DNA of 64,000 nucleotides from positions 393,452,001-393,516,000 of the forward strand of contig OZ024741.1 in NCBI GenBank assembly GCA_964016885.1, given 5' to 3'. Below are positions 1 to 12,329 of the stretch, in pieces. Made by a program: the position numbers and the translations under genes. The notes beneath the pieces were generated by a model. It was given only the letters and a program-made list of their open reading frames with translations. It was not told the origin of the DNA and did no database searches. Position 1 is the stretch's first letter; the number at the start of each line of letters is the position of its first letter. Source of the stretch: Eledone cirrhosa (taxonomy: Eukaryota).

Positions 1-689
1 AAAACAGGAAGATGATACTTCGGTTTGTGAAGATGTTCTCTGATCATTGTGTATATGTTTGAGTTGCTGTATATGTGGGCGAGTGTATATGTATATTTGT
101 GTATATGTGTCTATGTATGTTGGTATTTTTTTATATACACATATATGTATGTATATGTGTATATATGGGTATGTTTGAGTGTGTATGTGTGTTTGTATGT
201 ATGGTGTGTATATGTATACATAGGGTTGGTATATGTACGTTGTTGAACATATGTGTATTTACAGTGTAGGTGTGTGTGCGTTATATACACTTTTATGCGT
301 GTATATTTATATATGTATATATGATTATATCTATACACACACACACACATATTTATATGTGTATTTGGTGTATACGTTCGTATGTGTGCGGGTATATGTG
401 TCACGCCGGGTTTACGTATGTGTGTGCGTGTTTATGTGTATGTGCATGTATATGTATGCATGGCAGGTGTTTTCATGTATGACCGTGTATGTATGTATAT
501 GGATGTGTGTATGTATATATTTAATTATTATTACTTTTATGATTTTAATAACCTCTGTCATTTTCGTTCAACTAATTTATTTACATTATTCTTAACTCCG
601 AAGCCAGGGAACGTCTTCACGAACCAAAGTATTGTCTTCCTGTCTTCCTTCGGTTGCAACATCTTCTGCGTTCACAGATTGATTTTTTT

Positions 690-740
690 AGTTTCAGAAG
701 ATCCCATTAAGGGTGAAAGCAGCGATCCTTTGCTTAAACT
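690..740 (+). ncRNA. Type-I hammerhead-like fold with variant core CAGAAGA (PLE-terminus family)
   Basis: AGTTT-CAGAAGA-t CCC attaa GGG t-GAA-AGCAG cgatcct TTGCT-T-AAACT: stem I AGTTT/AAACT, stem II CCC/GGG, stem III AGCAG/TTGCT. Core position 4 is A rather than U. Related copies lie on - at ~29117-29160 (internally deleted) and ~60282-60332. Confidence 0.45.
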
Positions 741-878
741 TTAATCTGTTATTTTAATAAATTAAAATATATATATATATACATATACACAAGCAAACAC
801 ACACACATATATATACATACTTTGCTGTTGATTATACTATTCTTTCAATGTAACATTTTAATTTGTTCTTGTTTCTAG

Positions 879-932
879 ACATTAGTTCCCCCTGTTTCAT
901 TACAACTTGTCTTTCCACCTATTTTTAAACCA
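879..932 (+). CDS. Galectin linker exon (TLVPPVSLQLVFPPIFKP)
   Basis: Acceptor tttgttcttgtttctag and donor GTAAGT; 54 nt, phase 0-0. The Pro-rich peptide joins in frame to KVPF of the next exon, like the NP|xVPF start of galectin CRDs. Confidence 0.7.
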
Positions 933-1416
933 GTAAGTATTTGTTTATATTTATTTTTTCAATGAACTGCATTAATAATTTCTATTCAGTTATTCATCCA
1001 CACTCTAACATGGGTGGGAAGGGCATCCAGCCATAGAAACCAGCTAAAATATTGGTCCATACGAGAAAGACATGGTCTCCTGGCCTGACTTATCCCATAA
1101 CATGACAACCTGTCTAACCCATGCTAACATGGGAAATGGACTTTAAATGATGATGACATTGCAATACTATGTTAATTAGTTAGTTGGTTCACCTACTATG
1201 AATATAAGTATAAATGACCAATCATTACAACTACTAGTATGAGTACCTGCAGTGCCTGTTTTATTGATATTTTGATCTCCTATGATAGTCCCACAGCATT
1301 TATTTCTCAATGTAGAGACATTTCATGGTGTAAATGCCTTTTATTTAAACCCCCAACCAGCAACAAACCTTCAGTCTAATCATCTAATTGGTGACTTCCA
1401 CAAAAATAAGAGGTAT

Positions 1417-2215
1417 ATCATCATCATCGTTTTACGTCCACTTTTCCCTGTTTGCAAGGGTGGGACGGGTCCTATTCAGCACAGCATCTCTCCACTTGTC
1501 ACGGTCCTTTGTCATCTCCTCTGTAAGCTTCAGCGATCTGAGGTCCACTCTCACCACTGCCACCCATGGTTTTCGTGGTCTTCCTCTACTGCGTCTTCCT
1601 TCTACTGGCATTTCTTTACCCAGTGGTCATCCTACATGCACATCACATGTCCATACCATCCCATCGCAGTCTCCTCTCCCGCACACTACAATTTATCCCT
1701 CTCAGACACAGTTTCTCTCTCAACTCATCTATACTTGGTCGTTCACGCACATTGACATTGTACATCCAACGGAGCATGCTTGCTTCATTTCTCTCCAGCC
1801 ATCGCATATCCTCTGCAGTTGCTGCCCATGTCTCACTACCATGCAGCATCACGTATCTCACACAGGCATCATATAACCAGCCTTTCGTATGCTGGGAGAA
1901 ACCCTTCTTTGTCAACAGAAGAAGCAGCTCCCTAAACTTCTTCCAATCCGTCCTTATTCTAGATACTATGGCCTCGGACCCCCCCCCCCTCTCCCCCTCC
2001 CATGCTAATCTGATCACCTAGGTACCAGAAGCTATCAACCACTTCTATAAATCCCACCTGCATTTGAGAAATGTGTTTATCACTGCGACTTCTACTGTCA
2101 AATTTCCCTGTACATCTACTGCATACGTACTTTTCCCTACCTGTTAGTTTGCCTGCTATCCCACTACATCTCATGTGTACCCAAGATCTGCATTGTGTAC
2201 ATTTTATAGAGTGTT
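1417..2215 (-). mobile_element. RTE-clade LINE, 5'-truncated 3' fragment
   Basis: Minus ORFs give C-terminal RT sequence (WKKFRELL...LYDACVR..MLHGSETW...RRLRW) and a CxxC motif; (CAT)n tail at ~1417. Confidence 0.88.
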
Positions 2216-4182
2216 GATAATACATTCTAGATATATTCTCTGTCCAAAATATAAACAATAACTACTCATGACATTACTAGTTACTAAATATTTTTTTCTT
2301 CTACTTTGACCTTAATTTGGTTGTTAAAACATAACAACATTATCATTTTACATTCATGCTGTTATGTGTTTGATATGTTGACATGGCCTGACAGAAAATG
2401 GCTTGGACACCATGTCTTGTTCCATATTTTGACATGGTTTTTATAACTGGTTGCCCTTCATAACACCAACCACTTTACAGAGTATATTGGGTAAATTTTA
2501 TCTTGGCAATGTTATACATAGTGTACTAGATGCAGTTTATCTTGCACCAACACTACCATCTTACATAATGTACTAGGTACATTTCCTAAGGGAAATAACT
2601 GAAATGAGTCAATAGCATAAATTTGGAAATTATATCAATGAGTGGTGAAATGTCATTTAATTATGAATTTTATTGTATACAATATTTACCCCATCATCAC
2701 CCTTTAAATTAATTACTCAGATTCATGCCATTGGACTATTTGAGTTATTTCTCTTAGCTCATTTTACATTTAATAATGTAGACATAAACTGGGAATGACA
2801 TGCTCATTCAAGCATATTAAAGCACATTTTCACAATTATATGCTCATTCAAGCACATTAAAAAATGAATTTGTCTGATATACTTCAAGAAATGTCTAAAC
2901 AAACTCTTAGGGATTATTTCTCGTAAATATTCAGTAAGATTCTGGCATTATTACATCTGTCTCTGTAACAGTACACAAAATGATATCCTTATTATTGATT
3001 TTTGTTAATGAAGTAATGAGCTAATTTGTGCTGTTCAAGCTAGCAATGGTTATTTAATTGAACTATCAGTGTGGAAATCAATTAGCAACTCCTTTACTGA
3101 TTGGTGCCGTTGAAACTATGTATAAGATATTTGTTGATTTTTAGCTTAAATTGAGAAAGTTTAAGACAATTTATATATAGCTACAAATAATGTCTTTATG
3201 TGTATGTAAATGTATTTGGTCTTGTATTGAAGCCAAAATTAATGAGATTATGTGATTAAGAAGCAATCTTCTTAGAATTCTATCAGTCCTGCAAGTCAAT
3301 ATTAAGTGAATTAGGCTTAAAATTTAAAAACAGTAATGATTTGAAAGATTGGTACTAGGCATGTGGGTATGGTTGATTCCATTGATCTTCATACTAAACT
3401 TGTGTGCATTTTATTGACTCTTGAAGGTTGAAAGACAATGTAGACCCAAGTTGTATTCAAACTAAAAATGTAAAGAAATTTCAACAAGTCATTTTGCATT
3501 TTATCTAACTTTATAATTTCTACTATGTTATGTCTTAAAAACATTGACCCTCTATATATTTTTTTCATATGATATGCTTGTTATGTAAACATAGTTTTTC
3601 TGTGAAGAGCTTTTTGAGCTAAAACCCAAATTATTGAGAATACATAATCACCAATGACACTATTAAAACTTAATTTTGCTAAAGTTCTCTTGACTATTCT
3701 CAAAACTTGGTTTATCAGTTTGAGGTTTCTGTGGTGACTCAAATGTATCACTGTTACTCTTAGAACAGCTGACAACGATACTGTTATGCTTGTCATTGGA
3801 TATAGCATCTTCCTTCATTACTAATTTAATTGGAGCTAATGAGGAAGAGTTTCTATGCTGCCACTTGTCCTATTAGAAATAGCATTCAAATCTCCCCAAA
3901 CACTTTCCAATCCAGGAAAGGTTCCGTAGAAGTAATTGGAGGAGATGAAAGATTCCATTACTTAGGCGACTTAATTAGCAATGGATAAAGTGTTTTGCAA
4001 ATATAGTAGCCAGAATAAAAACAGGATAGAAAAAGTTCTAGGATTACCTTCAAATGAAAGGTAGATGGTTTGATGCTTTATATAAAGGAGCAGATACACA
4101 AACGATGCATATAAGTCATATAGAATGAATTACTCTATATATAGACATGAGATACTTAGATGTGAGCTTGGCTATACAACAG

Positions 4183-5224
4183 ATCATCATCATCATCATC
4201 ATCATTTTACGTCCGCTCTTCCCTGCTTGCAAGGGTGGGATGGGTCTTATTCAGCATCTCTCCACTCATCACGGTCCTTCGTCATCTCCACCATGAGCTT
4301 CAACAATCTGAGGTCTGTTCTCACCACCTCCGCCCATGTTTTTCGTGGTCTACCTCTACCACGTCTTCCTTCAATTGGCATTTCCTGGCACTTTACTCAT
4401 CAGTCATCCTCCATGCGCATCACATGTCGATACCACCTCAGTCTCCTCTCCCATACACTACATTCTATCCCTCTCAGACACAGTTTCTCTCTCAACACAT
4501 TTATGCTGGGTCGTTCACGCACATTTACACTGCACATCCAACAGAGCATGCTTGCCTCATTTCTCTCTAGCCGTCGCATATCCTCTGCAGTTGCTGCCCA
4601 TGTCTCACTACCATGCAGCATCGCGCTCCTCACACAGGCATCATACAACCGGCCTTTCGTACGCAGGGAGAAACCCTTCTTCGTCAGCAGAGGAAGCAGC
4701 TCCCTAAACTTTTCCAACCCGTCCTTATTCTAGATACTATGGCCTCGGAACACCCCCCTCCCATGCTAATCTGATCTCCTAGGTACCGGAAGCTATCCAC
4801 CACTTCTATAGCACCCTCCTGCATTTGAAAAATGTGTCTATCAATGCGACTTTTACTGTCTAATTTCCCTGTACAACTACTGCATACATATTTCTCCCTA
4901 CCTGTTAGTTTGCCTGCTATCCTGCTACATCTCTTGTGTACCCAGGATCTGCATTGTGTGCATTTTATAGAATTTATGCCAGTTCCTTTTCTGCATATCG
5001 AACATGGCCATTTCCCTGACGGAATCAGAGTATTGTCCTCTTTTCTACTCACCAACACTTTTGTCTTAGCTAGGTTCACTCTCAGTCCTCTTGATTCCAA
5101 CTGCTGTTTCGATAGCCAGAATTTATTCTCTAGCTCCTCTACTGATTCTGCTATAAGAACCAGATTGTCAGCATAGAGAAGTTGCCATGGACAGCCAGTC
5201 TTAAACTCCTCTGTTATGGCTTGG
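4183..5224 (-). mobile_element. RTE-clade LINE, 5'-truncated
   Basis: Minus strand reads LYADNLVL / GLRVNLAKTK / FRYLGD / MLHGSETW; frameshifted; (CAT)n tail at ~4183-4205. Confidence 0.9.
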
Positions 5225-5567
5225 ATATATATAATATTTTGAAATATTGTATTATAGAGGCATTGTCTATAGTAAGTTATATTTTAACTGTACTATATTT
5301 TTATGCCATAAGAGGCAACTAAAATGGTTGGCAAATGAAAGGGTATCCAGCTTTAAAACACTACCTTAAAAAGTTTCATCTAATCCATACCACCTTAGAA
5401 AAACATCCAGCTGTAAAACATTGCTTCAAAAGTTTTGTCTATTCCTTACCACCTTAGAAAACAGACATATAAACGATGATGATGATAATGTTAATGTGTA
5501 ATTTTGTTTTTCTTTAATTAAAAAAATATATGTGATGAAGTTTTGATTGCATTATATTACAGAAAGT

Positions 5568-5778
5568 GGTGGATTGGCAGTATCGGTAGAGGGTCGGACG
5601 CCATGCTTTGAAGCATAGAGTTACGGCTCTCTATGATCTGAGCTCAAATCCCGCTGAGGTTAACTTTGCCTTTCATCCTTATGGGGTCGATAAAATAAAG
5701 TACCAGTCACGCACTGGGGTCGATTTAATCAACTTTCCCCTCCCCCCAAATTACTGGCCTTGTGTCTACATAAGAAAC
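5568..5778 (+). mobile_element. tRNA-derived SINE family 1 (Nin/Deu-like core) with 18-bp target-site duplication
   Basis: A-box/B-box-like head and core GCCTTTCATCCTTATGGGGTCGATAAA. Flanked by the direct repeat CATTATATTACAGAAAGT at 5550-5567 and 5779-5796. Confidence 0.9.
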
Positions 5779-5791
5779 CATTATATTACAG

Positions 5792-5883
5792 AAAGTTCCA
5801 TTTGTCTCTAAAATATTGGGTAATTTACATCTCCATAAGATAATTACAATTAGTGGATACCCATTGAAATATAATCCCAAAAG
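5792..5883 (+). CDS. Galectin C-terminal CRD exon 1 (KVPFVSKILGNLHLHKIITISGYPLKYNPKR)
   Basis: Acceptor ttatattacag and donor AG|GTAAGT. The phase-2 end matches the next exon (AG+G = Arg). VPF...I-x-I-x-G is the typical start of a galectin domain. Confidence 0.85.
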
Positions 5884-6802
5884 GTAAGTATTATTAAATT
5901 AATTCTTCAATTACTTTCTCATTTTAATTTGTAACTGATACTTTGTAGATAAAAAAATACAATAATTAGGTCCAACATCTTTGTCTAGTGGTTTGCTTTT
6001 AACTTCATGAAAGGCATAAAGGCACTCACCAATGCACTCCAGCCCCTTGTCTACAGAAGTGATGTCTTCCCTTTTTTTCATTTTCTACTGCTACTATATT
6101 GGCCCCTGCTTTTTAAAGTTGATTAGTCTTGTACTCTCTCGAATCAGGTACTTCCACTCCCAACTTACTTGTCTTACCTCCTCTTCTCATCAACATTGTG
6201 TCCACATCTTCCCTTCCAACACCCTGTACTAATCACTGTACCCAGACATTCTTCCATGAGATATGTTGACTCCCTAGAAATCTTCTGCTCATGTTTCCTC
6301 AGGAGAAATATTAACTATGTCAATTCCATTAGCCTCAGAGTGCTTGAGAAGGTCATAGTCAGTCTGTTATTCTAATAAACATTTTTAAACATGGCAGAGC
6401 TCATCCTCTCTTCCGGCTTGAATACAGTTGATTTTTTCCAGAGAAGGATAGCGAATGAGAGGAAGGAAGTGAGAAAGAGATATAGAGGAAGAATTAAACA
6501 CCCCGTACTAGACTGGGATTTTTTATTGGCCTCAAATGGATAAAAGGTAAAGCTAGCGGGATTTCAACTGAGAGAGCAGAGAGCCAGAACAAATACCACA
6601 AAGCATTCCAGCCAATGTTCTAATGACTTAAATAAATAAATGAAAGTAAAAACAATTATAAATACATTTTTACTTTTATATATTTTATCTAAAATCAATT
6701 TGGTAGTGATGTCTATTTTTCAGACTAATTATTCATGTTTATCTGAATATTGGTAAATAAATACATCCTTGGTTTATATTTTTATTTTTTTATTTTTAAT
6801 AG

Positions 6803-7007
6803 GTTTACTATAAATTTAAGGGCTGATAAGTCTATTGCCTTTCATTTTGATGTTCGCCTTGATCTTGAAAGTTTTAAAAGTATTGTAATTCGTAATTCTT
6901 TAATATCAAATCAATGGGGTGAAGAAGAAACCTATCAACCATTTTTTCCTTTTCATCCTGGTGTTGGATTTGATTTGATGCTCATAGTTGAACCTCAATG
7001 TTACAAA
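6803..7007 (+). CDS. Galectin CRD exon 2 (RFTINL...IAFHFDVR...VIRNS...QWGEEE...FPFHPG...CYK)
   Basis: Acceptor tttttaatag and donor GTAAGT. Carries the galectin signatures H-F-x-x-R, V-x-x-N-S, W-G-x-E-E and FPF. Confidence 0.93.
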
Positions 7008-7994
7008 GTAAGTATATTTATTGTAATTGGAAATGTGAAAACATGAAGTATCTACTGTATTAACTCTTAGATTTCTGACCTTGGAATCAACTTCTCTTGC
7101 CTTGATCATTCTATCTTTTTGTATATTCAGGTTTACATTATACAATGTATCCTCCCTTTTCTTAAGAGGGTAAATTATGACTAAAGTTTGCTATTTCTAG
7201 CGAGTAAAACAACTGCATAGCAGTTTCCCTTTTGGCTTTGGCTCCCTTCATTGGCTCTATTGTTGTTTTGCTCCAAGTCAGTGCTGATTATACAAAGGCA
7301 TTCCAGCTGTATCTTTCTGTCCATCCCAGCTGTATCTTTCTGTCTTAGTAGGATGTGATTTAAGGGAGATTTGTATAATAAATCGGCTGTAGAGTTGAAG
7401 TTCTTATACGTGCTCTACAAAGCTATTATTGCATGGATATATCTGTAAGTTAAGTGTTTGATACTGATAGAAAGCTAGAATTGCATATACTCTTGGCTCA
7501 ATATAGGTTTTTGGTCAAGATTACAAACTTGTGGACAAAGAAAGAAAACTTACTATACTCACTTTTTGCAGTAATTTATATAGTCCTAGGCCTGAAATAA
7601 AGAATAGATTTAAATCAAGCAGGCTGATGTTGCTATCTGGATGATCAATGTTGAATATAATTCTTTAGTAGAGGCCATTAGAAGTATTATGATGTCTTGA
7701 CTCTGAAACAGGTTTGTACAGAGCAGCTTCCACATACATTCTAGTATTTTGTTCTGTGCTGTGTATAAACAGTGAAAGCTTGCTCTGTTGGTTCACTCAA
7801 AATAAAGATTGTCAACCAATTTATGAAGAAAAATTGCTTATAACTTTTTAGCTTTGACAAGTACAAGAAATAACTGAGTAAATCTAATGATAAAAACAGT
7901 CTTGAATGATGTATTTTATGTGAATACAATATATATTTCAAACAATATATTTAAAGAATAGCATAATTGCCTTTTCTTTTGTTTCATTATTTAG

Positions 7995-8111
7995 GTTGCA
8001 GTGAATAATAAACTTTTTATAACGTACCAACATCGTTTAGATAATTTTGAAACTGTGACACACATACAAATAGATGGTGACATCCATTTAAGTATGGTAC
8101 AGTTCCATTGA
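7995..8111 (+). CDS. Galectin terminal coding exon (VAVNNKLFITYQHRL...IQIDGDIHLSMVQFH*)
   Basis: Acceptor tttcattatttag, phase 0, stop TGA at 8109-8111. VAVN...Y-x-HR and I-x-GD are canonical C-terminal strands of the CRD. Confidence 0.92.
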   Translation, partial: VAVNNKLFITYQHRLDNFETVTHIQIDGDIHLSMVQFH

Positions 8112-8432
8112 AGATATAATTTTTATAAAAGAATCCACATATGAAAATGAAAGTCAGAAAAAATTCAATTTTAATCCTACATTAAAATTCATATTCCTTT
8201 GCCTTTAATTAAAAAAGAAATTAGTCTTCATGTTATGTTAATATTATTTTTCATGAATAATAAATGATCATAAAAGTTTATTTGCTGTAAGAGTTAATTA
8301 TCACAGACCACCAATCTATAATCATTATAGATGTTTGGTCAATAATTTACACATTGTATTTCTGTAGATATTCTTGTCACCTTATAACACGCACATTTAT
8401 ATAAAGAATGGTGTGTTCATGCTATAAAATAA

Positions 8433-8630
8433 CTTATAAAATAGGGTGAAGACCCTTAAAGACAGGAAAAGTAGTTGCCATCGGCTGCTATGAGGAATTG
8501 AACCCCATATCTCCCAGATAATAGTTTAGAGTGCTTAGATGGTATCTGGGAGATATGGGGTTTGATTTCTCATAACGGTCAATGGCAACTTCTTTTTTCA
8601 TCTTTAAGGGTCTTCACACTATTTTATAAG
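8433..8630. repeat. Fold-back (about 90-bp arms) containing a tRNA-like SINE head
   Basis: cttataaaatagggtgaagacccttaaaga...ccccatatctcccagata pairs with tatctgggagatatgggg...tctttaagggtcttcacactattttataag. Confidence 0.8.
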
Positions 8631-8633
8631 CTA

Positions 8634-9008
8634 CTAGCAGATTTATCCGCCATTGCCCGGGGTTTGAAATGCAACAAAGAATAAACAAGAAACAAACGAT
8701 AATATTAGTGATTTATCTTCAAATGAATCTGATGTTTATATTTGTCAATAAAGTTGGTTATCTCCCTTTTTTATAAGGATTGTCAATAAAGTTGGTTATC
8801 TCCCTTACATCAATTTTGCAACCGATAATTTTGATATCGATTTTTTATTGCTCAACGTGAGTCGATTGGAAAAATTTTGTGATATGACCATCTTAGCGAC
8901 CTGTGCAACGTGCACAGAAAATTTGGTCAAATTCGGTTGGTAATTGTAAAAGCCTTAGGTATCTAAGTTGTACACAGACACATCCTCGCTTTTATATATA
9001 TATAAAGA
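8634..9008 (-). mobile_element. Non-autonomous Helitron
   Basis: On - it starts A|TCTTTATATATATA and ends with a GC-rich, imperfect hairpin (ccgggcaatggcgg) followed by CTAG|T. No target-site duplication, as expected for Helitrons. Confidence 0.7.
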
Positions 9009-9167
9009 TTTCATATCACCTCCATGCTTGAACACACAGTTCTATATATTAACTTTACCCTGTCAGCACTTCATAAAAATTTGAGAGATTGGCTATGTAT
9101 AGATACATTTATGCTTAGAGTTTAATTTGACAAACCATTCACTAAAAAGATTTTGTGTATTATATTT

Positions 9168-12100
9168 CTATCCTCCATGCGCATCACATGTCCATACCAT
9201 CGCAGTCTTCTCTCTTGCACACCACAACTTATCCCTCTTATACCCAGTTTCTTTCTCAACTCATCTATGCTTGGTCGTTCATGCACATTGACATTGCACA
9301 TCCAACGGAGCATGCTTGCTTAATTTCTCTCCAGCCATCGCATATCCTCTGCAGTTGCTGCCCATGTCTCACTACCATGCAGCATCGCACATCTCACACA
9401 GGCATCATATAACCGTTATTTCATACGCGGGGAGAAACTCTTCTTTGTCAACGGAGGAAGCAGCTCTCTAAACTTCTTCCAACCCGTCCTTATTCTAGAT
9501 ACTATTGCCTTGGAACACCCCCTCTCCCATGCTAATCTGATCACCTAGATACCGGAAGCTATCAACCACTTCTATAGAATCCACCTGCATTTGAAAAATG
9601 TGTCTATCACTGCAATTACTACTGCCAACTTTCCCTGTACATCTACTGCATATGTAGTTTTCCCTACCTGTTAGTTTGCCTGCTATCCCATTACATCTCC
9701 TTTGTACCCAAGATCTGCATTGCGTAAATTTTATGGAATTTATGCCAGTTCCTTTCCTACATATCAAACATGGCCATTTCCCTGATGGAATCAGAGTATT
9801 GTCCTCTTTTCTACTCATCAACACCTTTGTCTTAGCTAGGTTCACTCTCAGTCCTCTTGATTCCAGCTGCTGTTTCCATAGCCAGAATTTATTCTCTAGC
9901 TCCTCTACTGATTCTGCTATAAGAACCAGATCATCAACATAGAGAAGTTCCCATGGGCATCCAGTCTTAAACTCCTCTGTTATGGCTTGGAGGACTATAA
10001 TGAACAAGAGCGGGCTGAGGACCGAATTCTGATGTACACCTACTTGTATCTGGAATTCCTCACTAAACTCCATTCCAACCCTGACTTTACTGACAGTACC
10101 CCTGTGCATAGCTTGCACTGTCCTCACAAACCATTCCTCTAGACCTAGTTTCCTTAGGGACCACCAGATGACAGATCGGGTTACCCTATCAAAGGCCTTC
10201 TCTAGGTCAACAAAAGCTAAGTATAGTGGCTTATTCTTCTACCTCTCTTGTAGTTGCCTCACTAAAAAGAGGGCATCTGTTGTACTTTTCCAAGGCACAA
10301 AACCAAATTGCATCTAATCTAATTTGACCCTTTCTTTAATCAGTTGCGCTAATATTCTCTCTGCCACTTTCATAATCTGATCCATTAGCTTTATGCCCCT
10401 ATAATTGCTCCTCTCCAGAGCACCCCCTTTACCTTTGTAGCAATTTATAAGAATACTGCTGCACCAGTCTTTGAGTATAACACCACCATATATGGCTTGA
10501 TTAATGATGCGTGCAACTAGTTTAGTGCCTACATCTCCTGATGCCTTCAGCATCTCAGCAACTATCCCCGACGGTCCAGCAGCCTTACCATTCTTCATTT
10601 CCTTAATTGTCTCTTGTACCCTCAATCTCAATAGCTGGTCCCTCTGTTGGGTCTACTGGGGGTAATTTCTCTCTCTCCCATTCGTTCTCCCCATTCATCA
10701 GTCTCTCATAATGACATTTCCAGGCCTCCTTTGTTTGATCATTCGTGACACTAAGTACACCGGCATCATTCTGGACACACTTATCTCCAACAACATCCTG
10801 ATTTGCACTGACACTGCCTTATAATGTGGAACACCGTATGTCTCTGATCTTCCCATCGCAGAACATTGGCAAACCTCCTACTCTCAGCCTCCCTGCGTGC
10901 TAAGTACACCTGACGTCTAGCTTCTTTCTTAGTGGATGTGTATCCTTCTCTACTCCCACCATTTTTCCAAGCCTTCCATGCCAGTCTTTTGTCTCCAATG
11001 GCCCTATCTACTGTGCTGTTCCACCACCAGGTCACCCTCTGTCTGGTTGAAGCTCTGCCCCACCACAAGTTTCTTCAGTAGCCTGCAGTAAGTTGTTACA
11101 CAAGAAATTCCAGTTATCATCTATGTCATACAACTCTAAATAGTCTTCTTTTTTGTCATACACATCTTGAAGGGCTTTGCTAAATCTATATTTTAATGAA
11201 AGGTCTTTTAGCTTCCAGACCTTTCTTTTCCACACCTTCCTGTATGTTTCATTCTTTCTCTTGCTTACTGAGATATCACTAACGACTAACCTATGCTGTG
11301 GGGTACATTCTTCCCCGGGGTATGCCTTAGTATTTGACACCATCTGTCTGTCTTGCTGTCTAACTAGCAGGGAGTCAATCTGGCTTATGTGCTCGCCTGA
11401 TTTGTAGGTTATTAGGTGGTTGGTAGGCTTCTGGAAGTTAGTGTTGCAAATGGTTAGTGCATTTGCATCATAAAATTCAACAAGCCTCACTCCTTCTTCA
11501 TTTCTTGAGCCGTAACCGTGCCCTCCATGTACTCCAGTGTATCCATCCTGGAGCTGTCCAACATGACCATTGAAGTCCCCTGCTAGCATAACGATGTCTC
11601 TGTTCTCTGTCATTGCGGCTGTTTGTAAAAGTTGCTCGTAAAAGCAGTCTTTCTCTTCTTTACCTAGGCCTGCCTGGGGAGCATAGGCAGAGATGATTGT
11701 CAGTAGTCTCTTGCCTACAACTAATCTAAGCTTAATTATTCTATTACTAACTCTAACTACCTCTATTGTCTTATTGATCCATCTCTCAGCCAGTAATATG
11801 CCCTCCCCACCTAACCCATCATCATTACCCACTCAGAAAAGCTTAAAACTACGATGTTTGCCTGCGATTAGTCTTGCAGAGGCACCTCTCCATCTCGCCT
11901 CTTGCATACAGCACACATCCACATGTCTTTTTTCCAGCATCTCCGCTATCTCACCAGATCTACTTGTCAGAGTGCCAACATTAAGTGTGGCAACTCTCAG
12001 ATGCGATGTCTCGTTCTTTTTCCTGTTGTGCGATTGCTTGATGACGGTCGTGGGGTTCTCACACATGGCCACACTAGCCACCCCACTACCGTATGCAGCC

Positions 12101-12329
12101 CTAACATGGTTAGTGTCATTGCTCTTTACGCAGTTGTTGTGCGATTGCTTGATGACGGTCGTGGGGTTCTCACACATGGCCACACTAGCCACCCCACTAC
12201 CGTGTGCAGCCCTAACATGGTTAGTGTCATTGCTCTTTACGCAGTTGTTGTGCGATTGCTTGATGACGGTCGTGGGGTTCTCACACATGGCCACACCAGC
12301 CACCCCACTACCGTGTGCAGCCCTAACAT
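9168..12329 (-). mobile_element. Near full-length RTE-clade LINE (APE endonuclease + RT), disrupted
   Basis: ORF pieces: RVATLNVGTL...QEARW, ISAYAPQ, LAGDFNGHVG, SQIDSLLV...QHRLV (APE); KAAGPSGI, NYRGIKL, FVDLEKAFD, GVHQNSVLSPLLF, LYVDDL (RT). Several stops and frameshifts; the 3' tail is missing. Confidence 0.95.
12025..12329. repeat. 111-bp tandem repeat (about 2.75 copies) at the 5' end of the RTE
   Basis: The unit gttgtgcgattgcttgatgacggtcg... recurs at 12025, 12136 and 12247; it translates in frame as a 37-aa repeat. Confidence 0.95.
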
